A DNA stretch of 64,000 bases, taken from Dehalococcoidia bacterium (GTDB taxonomy: Bacteria; Chloroflexota; Dehalococcoidia; Lucifugimonadales; Australimonadaceae). Positions within the stretch are counted from its first letter, which is position 1. Each line of letters starts with the position of its first letter. Position numbers and translations under genes: made by a program. Positions 58,320 to 64,000 of the stretch are shown piece after piece. The notes beneath the pieces are model-generated. The model made no database searches. It saw only the letters and a program-made list of their open reading frames with translations, and was not told the DNA's origin. The DNA lies in assembly GCA_965248455.1 (NCBI GenBank), contig OZ252105.1:2333360-2397359 (forward strand), given 5' to 3'.

Positions 58320-58733
58320 TCAGCCGAGCCAGCTGAACACCGCGTCGTAGAGCCGAGGTTCGATTGCCAGTACGTGGTGGAAGAACCAATCCATCGTTCG
58401 CCAGATGATGAATGCCACGGCGATGCCGATGGGGAGCGCGGCGATGCGGATGATGCGTCCGCATGGCGAGGCTTCAGGGGAGAATGCTTTCGAGAAAGCG
58501 CCGAGCGTTCCAAAGATGGGGATCAGCGGCAGGGCGGCCATCGCCATGGTGATGGGGAACAGCATGAGGATGAAGGGCGTGAGCAGGACGGCCAGCCAGA
58601 GCGGGACCCCGGAGTAGAGGCTGAGGAGCAGGTCTACGGTGTAGATGACGGCCAGGGCGGCGGAGACCGGCGCCATGAATCTGGGGACACAGCATCCCTT
58701 GGAGGAGTGGGAAGAGGAGACGTAATAGCGCAT
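58320..58733 (-). CDS. hypothetical integral membrane protein (137 aa, ~4 TM)
   Basis: Hydrophobic segments VSAALAVIYTVDLLLSLY, LWLAVLLTPFILMLFPITMAMAALPLIPIF and IAALPIGIAVAFIIW. Confidence 0.6.
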   Translation of the reverse strand: MRYYVSSSHSSKGCCVPRFMAPVSAALAVIYTVDLLLSLYSGVPLWLAVLLTPFILMLFPITMAMAALPLIPIFGTLGAFSKAFSPEASPCGRIIRIAALPIGIAVAFIIWRTMDWFFHHVLAIEPRLYDAVFSWLG

Positions 58734-58815
58734 GCGGCTCGTTGGTTCTCCGGAAAGAGCGTTGGTTCGAGTGGGCAGGCTATGGGCGGTGCGTTTGCTG
58801 CGTCAATAGCGACTC
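58734..58815 (-). promoter_or_regulatory. duplicated promoter/5'-UTR module, copy 1 (TTGACG-N18-TAGCCT plus conserved leader)
   Basis: About 85 percent identical over ~82 bp to 59719..59803. Both copies abut the ATG of a minus-strand gene. Confidence 0.45.
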
Positions 58816-58839
58816 CAGCGCGGTCCTCCCGAACCCTCA

Positions 58840-59015
58840 CCCCTCGCCTGGATTCCAGCCTTCGCTGGAATGACGGGGTCAGGGGGGCACCCTCATCCTC
58901 GCCTTCGCGGGAACGACGATGGCGAATCGCCCCTGCGTCCACACAGGGGGCACCCTCATCCTCTGCCTTCTCCCCTCAAGGGAGAAGGGACCAGGCTTAC
59001 GCGGGAACGAAAGGG
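58840..59015. repeat. cluster of hairpin/REP repeats, including chimeric units
   Basis: TTCCAGC-GAAG-GCTGGAA type REP (58845-58870). A chimeric CACCCTCATCCTCGCCTTC|GCGGGAACGACG unit (58877-58915). A full hairpin repeat plus REP half-site (58940-59015). Confidence 0.8.
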
Positions 59016-59019
59016 TGGC

Positions 59020-59718
59020 TTAGGCGAGCAGGCTGAGCAGTTGCGCCGGGGTCTCGGCTATGAAGTCGGGGGCAGCGCGGGAGATCTGCTCGGTGGGGTC
59101 GTCGAGGCCCCACGTTGCGAGGCAGCTCCAGCAGCCGCCGTTCTTCGCGACCTCAACGTCCGACCAGCTGTCGCCTACCACGAGGGTTCGGGCTGGGGAT
59201 GCGCCTATGCGGGCTATGAGGCGTTCCAGCCCCTCGGGGTGGGGCTTGTGTTGGGTAACGTCCTCGAAGCCGACGATATGCGGGAAGTGGCCGTCGATAC
59301 CAAGCTCCTCTACTTCGACCACCGCGCCGGCGCGCCGACCCTCGACCAGGATGTCGTGCGTTTTCGAGGTGAGTATGCCCATGGGCATGCCACGCTGCTT
59401 CAGAGCGTCGAGCATCTCACGCACACCATCGAAGAGGTAGACGAAGCCAGGCCCCTTGCTCCAGTAGTAACGGAGGTAGACGTCCATAAGGTTCAACTCC
59501 CATCCCCGGGCGTCACTCATTTCATCGAAGGCTGCTCGGAACGGGGAACCGCGCATCGTTTCGACGAACTCCGTTGGGTCGTAAGGCAGCCCTGCCTCCT
59601 CGAACGTCAAGCGCATCGCCTCGACGCGGGCGGGGAACGTGTCTGCAAGCGTGTCGTCGTAGTCGAAGACGATGGCGTCGATGGATCCTTCGAGGGGGGA
59701 GGAGGCGGAATCTCGCAT
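59020..59718 (-). CDS. HAD-superfamily hydrolase (phosphoglycolate phosphatase-like)
   Basis: 232 aa from the ATG at 59718. Motif I FDYDDTLADT, and motifs III/IV ..LVVGDSWSDVEVAKNGG.. The track ORF is over-extended through the repeats. Confidence 0.82.
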   Translation of the reverse strand: MRDSASSPLEGSIDAIVFDYDDTLADTFPARVEAMRLTFEEAGLPYDPTEFVETMRGSPFRAAFDEMSDARGWELNLMDVYLRYYWSKGPGFVYLFDGVREMLDALKQRGMPMGILTSKTHDILVEGRRAGAVVEVEELGIDGHFPHIVGFEDVTQHKPHPEGLERLIARIGASPARTLVVGDSWSDVEVAKNGGCWSCLATWGLDDPTEQISRAAPDFIAETPAQLLSLLA

Positions 59719-59803
59719 GAGGCTCGTTTCGGTTCTCCGGGAGGAGCGTGGTTCGGGTGAGCAGGCTATGGGTGACGCGGTGGCTGCGTCAATAGGGCGG
59801 GCG
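59719..59803 (-). promoter_or_regulatory. duplicated promoter/5'-UTR module, copy 2
   Basis: See 58734..58815. -35 at 59792-59787 and -10 at 59768-59763 on the minus strand. Confidence 0.45.
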
Positions 59804-59814
59804 TCTGCTCCAAC

Positions 59815-59960
59815 ACCCGGGCAGGAGCGGGGATGCGAGGTTCCCGCCTGCGCGGAAACGACGACGCATAGCCCAGTCTTAGGCTGGGGATTCACCCTCA
59901 TCCTCGCCTTCTCCCCTCAAGGGAGAAGGGACCTGAGCCTGCGCGGGAACGACAAGTGGT
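59815..59960. repeat. inverted REP plus hairpin repeat plus REP half-site
   Basis: GGTTCCCGCCTGCGCGGAAACGACGAC (inverted REP), then TTCACCCTCATCCTCGCCTTCTCCCCTCAAGGGAGAAGGGAC and CTGCGCGGGAACGAC. Confidence 0.8.
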
Positions 59961-60061
59961 ACGCTGGGGTGGTTCACGGACTGCCGCTTGCGCTCCTGAT
60001 GGGGGAGGGCGGGAACCTGAGGGCGGGGTTGCTCGTCTTATGCTCTGAAGAGAGGTGCGAT

Positions 60062-61009
60062 ATGCGGATTGCAGCGGTGGTCAGGAAGATGATGGCGGGG
60101 GCGCTGGTTCTGTCAGCCCTCGTGTTGCTGGCGGCTTGCAGTGGGAATGACTCTTTTGAAAGTAACGATGGTCCTGTTGGTTCCGCAGGCGCCGCTGGCA
60201 GTGACGGTTCCACGGCGATGTCCGCTGCGTTTACGGTGCGTAACACCCGCGCCGACAACGCGGTCATGGCTGTGGAGTTGCCCACGACGCGGGTGATCAT
60301 CCGGGAGGGGCAGCTGTCCCTCGAGGTCGAGAGCATCCTGGAAGCGATGGACGCTGCGCGGGCGGTCGTCGAGGGGGTAGGGGGACGGGTGGATGCCTCC
60401 AATATCGTGGGAGCCGACTCCGATACGAAGTACGGCTCGGTGACGCTGCGCGTGCCGAGTTCGTCTTTCGATGCGGTGGTGGGGGAGTTGCGGACGCTTG
60501 GGCGGTTGCTGTCCGAGTCGTCGTCGAGCGCGGACGTTACGGAGGAGTACGTCGATCTGGAGGCTCGGCGGGGGAATCTGGAGGAGACGGAGCAGAAGCT
60601 GCAGGCGTTTCTGGACCAGGCGGAGGACGTAGAGGACCTGCTGGCGGTGCAACGTGAATTGACGACGACGCGGAGGGAGATCGAGCGTCTGATCGGCCGC
60701 ATCAACCTGCTGTCCGCGCTGGTGAGCGAGTCAACCATCGGAGTGGAATTCTTCGAGCCCGGGGCCGAGCCTCCGATCACGGGCGACGGTTGGCGTCCGG
60801 GCGAGACGTTGGAGGATGCCGCGCGAGCATTGGTGACGGTGCTCCGGGTGGTTGGCGACGTGGCAATCGTCACTGCGGTGTTCTCGCCGGTGATCGTGGC
60901 GCTTATCGTGGTCGTGTGGCTGATCAGGCGCCGGTGGCTGCGTTCCGCGTCGCGCCGCCGCGCCTCGGAGTCGGCTACGGCGGATGCATCGTCTACGCCT
61001 GATGCTTAG
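60062..61009 (+). CDS. DUF4349 domain lipoprotein with C-terminal TM anchor
   Basis: 315 aa from the ATG at 60062. Lipobox LLAAC, the coiled-coil section typical of DUF4349 (..YVDLEARRGNLEETEQKLQAFL..), and a C-terminal TM. Confidence 0.8.
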   Translation: MRIAAVVRKMMAGALVLSALVLLAACSGNDSFESNDGPVGSAGAAGSDGSTAMSAAFTVRNTRADNAVMAVELPTTRVIIREGQLSLEVESILEAMDAARAVVEGVGGRVDASNIVGADSDTKYGSVTLRVPSSSFDAVVGELRTLGRLLSESSSSADVTEEYVDLEARRGNLEETEQKLQAFLDQAEDVEDLLAVQRELTTTRREIERLIGRINLLSALVSESTIGVEFFEPGAEPPITGDGWRPGETLEDAARALVTVLRVVGDVAIVTAVFSPVIVALIVVVWLIRRRWLRSASRRRASESATADASSTPDA

Positions 61010-61039
61010 GCTCGGGTGAGGTTGGTTCTGGGCTGGGGG

Positions 61040-62110
61040 CTAGTAGCCTCTGGCCCAGTCGACCTCGTTGAGGAGGGTTTCGCCTGCGAGGAAGCGGGTT
61101 ATGTTGGTCTTCAGCAGGTCGATGCCGTACGAGGATCGGAAGTCCACGTGGCCTGAGTTGTGCGGGGTCATCAGGACGTTGGGGAGGGCCATGAGCTCGG
61201 GGTCGGGGGGGCGGGACCACTCGTCCTCGTAGACGTCGAGGTAGGCTCCACCGAGCTTACCTGAGCGCAGGGCGTCCTTGAGGGCTTGCTCGTCGACGAC
61301 CTCGCCGCGTGCGACGTTGAGGACGGTTGCGCCGTCCTTCATGGCGGCGAAGGCGTCAGCGTCGATCATGCCCCGTGTTTCGTCGGTGAGGATGGGGGCG
61401 AGGGCGATGAAGTCGCATTCGGCGAGCATCGCGTGCAGCTCGTGGGGAGGGTAGAGGACGTCGACGTCGCCCTGGTTCTCGACTCGGCGTTCGACGGAGC
61501 GCCTGGAGCCGACGACACGCATGCCGAGGGCCTTCGCGAGTCGCGCGGTCTGGACGCCGATGCCGCCGAGGCCGATGACGCCCATGGTCTTACCCGCGAG
61601 GAGGCGGAGCCGGTAGGGCGCGTCGTCGAGCTCGCCCTTGTCGGTCTGGCGGGTGGCGAGGCCGAGGTTCTTGGCGAAGTAGAGGGTAGCGGCGAGGACA
61701 ATCTCGGCGATGGGGACGGCGTCGATGTAACCTCGGGCAGAGGAGACTCGGACGTTGGCGTTCCATAGGTCGGATTGGTGGAGGTCGGAGATGCCGGCCC
61801 AGAGGTACTGCGCCCAGATGAGGTTGGGCATGCGCGGGAGGAGCCGCTTGGGGTAGGGGAGCATCATGACGAGGACGTGGGCTTCCCGGAGCAGGCGGTC
61901 GAGTTCGCTCTGCGGGAGGTCCGTGTGCCAGGCTTGCTCTTTCCAGAGGCCGGTGGACGGCGGGTGCATGCCTGCGTCGTCCTCGAAGGCCTGGGCGGGT
62001 ACGGCGGCGACGGAGAGCCGTCCGGGGGCGACGGCCTCAATGTCGGCGATGGGGGCGTCGTCGGGGTCGGTGAGGAGGAGGATGTTGAGGGGCGTCGGCA
62101 GGTTGGTCAT
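61040..62110 (-). CDS. D-isomer-specific 2-hydroxyacid dehydrogenase family protein
   Basis: 356 aa. NAD fold GVIGLGGIGVQTARLAKALGMRVVG and the catalytic ..NVARG...D.. / ..TPHNSG.. motifs. Confidence 0.88.
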   Translation of the reverse strand: MTNLPTPLNILLLTDPDDAPIADIEAVAPGRLSVAAVPAQAFEDDAGMHPPSTGLWKEQAWHTDLPQSELDRLLREAHVLVMMLPYPKRLLPRMPNLIWAQYLWAGISDLHQSDLWNANVRVSSARGYIDAVPIAEIVLAATLYFAKNLGLATRQTDKGELDDAPYRLRLLAGKTMGVIGLGGIGVQTARLAKALGMRVVGSRRSVERRVENQGDVDVLYPPHELHAMLAECDFIALAPILTDETRGMIDADAFAAMKDGATVLNVARGEVVDEQALKDALRSGKLGGAYLDVYEDEWSRPPDPELMALPNVLMTPHNSGHVDFRSSYGIDLLKTNITRFLAGETLLNEVDWARGY

Positions 62111-62202
62111 GCGGGTGATTGTAGCAAGGCGGTGGAGGTGGGTGAAGAAGCGGTCGTGTTAAGATATAGTCTCGCCACCATGCGGTATTGGGAGAAAAGT
62201 TG

Positions 62203-62385
62203 ATGACACTGCTCATTGCACAGGCAAAGCGGCTCGTTGCCTGGCGCACGAAGGAGGATGACCTTCGGTTGTTGAGTCGGGAGCCGGGCCATAGCGAGGC
62301 AATCGCACGCGGAGGGGAGGATCGCCGCGCGGGTCGTACAAAGCCCTGGAAGGACGTCAAGGAGGAACTTGGGCTTTCGGGTTGA
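62203..62385 (+). CDS. putative antitoxin (ParD/CopG-like C-terminal motif)
   Basis: 60 aa from the ATG at 62203 (GGAGA SD). ..EAIARGGEDRRAGRTKPWKDVKEELGL resembles antitoxin tails. Overlaps the downstream toxin-like ORF by 17 nt. Confidence 0.5.
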   Translation: MTLLIAQAKRLVAWRTKEDDLRLLSREPGHSEAIARGGEDRRAGRTKPWKDVKEELGLSG

Positions 62386-62656
62386 GCTTACGGCCACTGC
62401 TGAGGTGGAGTTGCTGGGGCTTCACGGGGCTGGACGAGAGATGGCGGCACGGCTGCTTGACTTGCTCAAGGATGACCTCTGGCGAGACGACCAGAAGACT
62501 GACCTATACACGTTCGATGGGGAGGGCGAAGATGCGCTGCCCGTGTTTGCTGCAATCCACGAGCGTGCCTCGGTTTGGTTCGTGGAAGACGAACAGGCTG
62601 AAGCAGTAGTAGTGCTCCACATTTCTCTGTTATCTCGGTTCAGGTACCCTGAGTGA
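62369..62656 (+). CDS. putative RelE/ParE-family toxin
   Basis: 95 aa, TTG start behind AAGGAGG. The N-terminal (M)GFRVELTATAEVELLGL pattern is typical of RelE/ParE toxins. Confidence 0.5.
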   Translation: MGFRVELTATAEVELLGLHGAGREMAARLLDLLKDDLWRDDQKTDLYTFDGEGEDALPVFAAIHERASVWFVEDEQAEAVVVLHISLLSRFRYPE

Positions 62657-62657
62657 C

Positions 62658-63119
62658 GTGACGACAGTGGATTTCCCCGAGCTTGTAGCAGCACTCTTGG
62701 CTAAATACCAAGCCCCCGGCCTAACGCGGCGCTGGGAGGAAGCTTCTGGGTTTGGCAGTGGCGCTAAAGCGATCGCTTTCTTCATCAGAGACTGGCAGGA
62801 TTCCGTCAACATCGTCTGGCTTGGCGAGGACGGCACGATCCGTGACGTTGCCTGGATTCCGAGTAGCGGCAGCGAACAGGAGGAATCCATGTCGATTGTC
62901 ACCCGAATCGAGGACATCGTTGGGTTCGAGGTTACCGAGTTCCCGGGCGTTGCCCGCGCACTGGGACCGGAGGTCGAAGGTGACCTCATGATACGAGTCT
63001 ACCTATCGTCCGCGCCCTCCGGCTCTCTCTACTGGATTGCCGCATCTGCGGCCCAAGGAGAGCAGTTGCGGTCGTTTTATCGGGTGGTGCTTGACGCCTA
63101 CGCGGCGTCGAGACGTTGA
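62658..63119 (+). CDS. hypothetical protein (153 aa, GTG start) 2 nt behind the toxin-like gene
   Basis: High GC3 ORF with no recognisable motif. Confidence 0.5.
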   Translation: MTTVDFPELVAALLAKYQAPGLTRRWEEASGFGSGAKAIAFFIRDWQDSVNIVWLGEDGTIRDVAWIPSSGSEQEESMSIVTRIEDIVGFEVTEFPGVARALGPEVEGDLMIRVYLSSAPSGSLYWIAASAAQGEQLRSFYRVVLDAYAASRR

Positions 63120-63155
63120 TGCCCAGGGTGTGGCGTTAAGCACCACCGCTCCTCG

Positions 63156-64000
63156 CTAGTCTTCTTCCAAGGTGGAGGTGTCGCCTTCTTCTAGGCCTAG
63201 TTCTCTGGCTTTGAGGAGGCGGCGCATGATCTTGCCGCTTCGGGTTTTGGGGAGGCCGGGGATGATCTCGATCTCGCGGGGGGCTATGGCGGCGGAGAGC
63301 TTCTCACGGGCGAAGGCCATGAGCTCGCGGCGGAGCTGGTCGCTGGGTTCGTAGCCGTCCTTGAGGGATACAAAGGCTTTGACGACTTCCATGGCGAGTG
63401 CGTCCGGCTTGCCGATGACGCCGGCCTCGGCGACGGCGGGGTGCTCGATGAGGGCGGACTCGACCTCGAAGGGGCCGACGAGGTGCCCTGCGGTGTTGAT
63501 AACGTCGTCCGAGCGTCCGATGAACCAGTAGTAGCCGTCGGCGTCACGGACGGCTTCGTCGCCGGTGAGGTACCAGCCGTTGATGAAGCGAGAGTCGTAA
63601 CGTTCTTCCTGTTGCCAGTAGGTCTGGAACATGGAGGGCCAGGGCGTTCGGACGGCGAGGTTGCCTTCTTCACCGTCGGGCTTCTCGTTGCCTTCAGCGT
63701 CGATGATGCCGGGCTGGATGCCGGGGAGCGGCCGGCCCATGGAGCCGGGTCGGATGTCCATGGAGGCGTAGTTGGCGATCATGATCGCGCCGGTTTCGGT
63801 CTGCCACCAGTTGTCGTGGAAAGGCATGCCGATGGCCTGAACGCCCCACTCGACGGCCTCGGGGTTGAGGGGTTCGCCGACGGACGCGGCAAAGCGCAGG
63901 CTCGACAGGTCGTAAGACCGCGGGAGTTCCGCGCCGGACTTCATGAGCATGCGTATGGCGGTGGGGGCGGTGTACCAGACGGTTACGTTGTAGTCCTGGA
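63156..64000 (-). CDS. acsA: acetyl-CoA synthetase (AcsA-type AMP-forming acyl-CoA synthetase), 3' part; the gene continues beyond the window end
   Basis: ..[84 protein letters not shown]. Confidence 0.85.
   Translation of the reverse strand, partial: QDYNVTVWYTAPTAIRMLMKSGAELPRSYDLSSLRFAASVGEPLNPEAVEWGVQAIGMPFHDNWWQTETGAIMIANYASMDIRPGSMGRPLPGIQPGIIDAEGNEKPDGEEGNLAVRTPWPSMFQTYWQQEERYDSRFINGWYLTGDEAVRDADGYYWFIGRSDDVINTAGHLVGPFEVESALIEHPAVAEAGVIGKPDALAMEVVKAFVSLKDGYEPSDQLRRELMAFAREKLSAAIAPREIEIIPGLPKTRSGKIMRRLLKARELGLEEGDTSTLEED

Noticed and set aside
56601-58733. Prophage remnant
   Set aside because: Only one weak phage-like HTH similarity is present. There are no integrase, capsid, terminase large subunit or att sites. 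The region is kept only as an unknown-cassette finding.
58755-58775. tRNA-like GGTTCGAGT T-loop sequence
   Set aside because: No acceptor or anticodon arms can be folded around it. It belongs to the duplicated promoter/leader module, and the second copy reads GGTTCGGGT.
56410-59960. Possible CRISPR array, because of recurring ~50-bp hairpin-containing repeats
   Set aside because: The spacing is irregular (84 bp, then kilobases). The repeats lie inside and between genes, they are chimeric with another repeat family, and no cas genes are present.

Overview
This is a 64-kb high-GC bacterial chromosomal segment. I found no rRNA, tRNA or CRISPR array. The taxon cannot be fixed from sequence alone; the gene content resembles aerobic heterotrophic Chloroflexota or Actinomycetota. 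Layout: (1) 1-5.8 kb holds a near-identical duplication of at least 1.73 kb. It carries a zinc-ribbon/TM/PQQ-beta-propeller gene plus the 5' end of a collagen-like lipoprotein gene, with an orphan family-5 ABC solute-binding lipoprotein between the copies. (2) 5.8-9.9 kb is a Rieske oxygenase / Gfo-Idh-MocA oxidoreductase / Rieske oxygenase operon. (3) 9.9-20.3 kb holds glutamate synthase gltBD inside a decaying region bracketed by two inverted IS481-family copies, one internally deleted. The region also contains BNR, HAD, DUF1697, transposase and serine-recombinase pseudogene fragments. (4) An acyl-CoA ligase and comM follow. (5) A TPP riboswitch plus terminator controls a thiBPQ-like ABC importer. 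(6) An IS110-family element is followed by a ~10-kb catabolic block: MmgE/PrpD, a third Rieske oxygenase, ACT, a decarboxylase remnant cut by a second IS110, class II aldolase, TAXI-like binding protein, PrpB/ICL-family lyase and a ThDP enzyme. This block is bracketed by two direct copies of a ~300-bp composite repeat. (7) MFS, gpmA, hemW and ychF follow. (8) Next is an 11-gene translationally coupled Mrp/Mbh-type antiporter operon. (9) Then come SRPBCC, a hypothetical gene, and polA with a repeat-derived N-terminal extension. (10) 56.4-60 kb is a repeat-dense zone with small unknown genes, followed by a HAD hydrolase, DUF4349, a 2-hydroxyacid dehydrogenase, a RelE/ParE-like TA pair and the 3' part of an acetyl-CoA synthetase. 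The most unusual signals are three. First, dispersed composite repeats built from 10-bp helically phased motifs. Second, hairpin-repeat families that have been absorbed into coding regions and sit next to duplicated promoter modules. Third, the conserved structured non-coding left ends of the two IS110 elements, which are bridge-RNA candidates. All identities and counts are hand alignments from the printed sequence.
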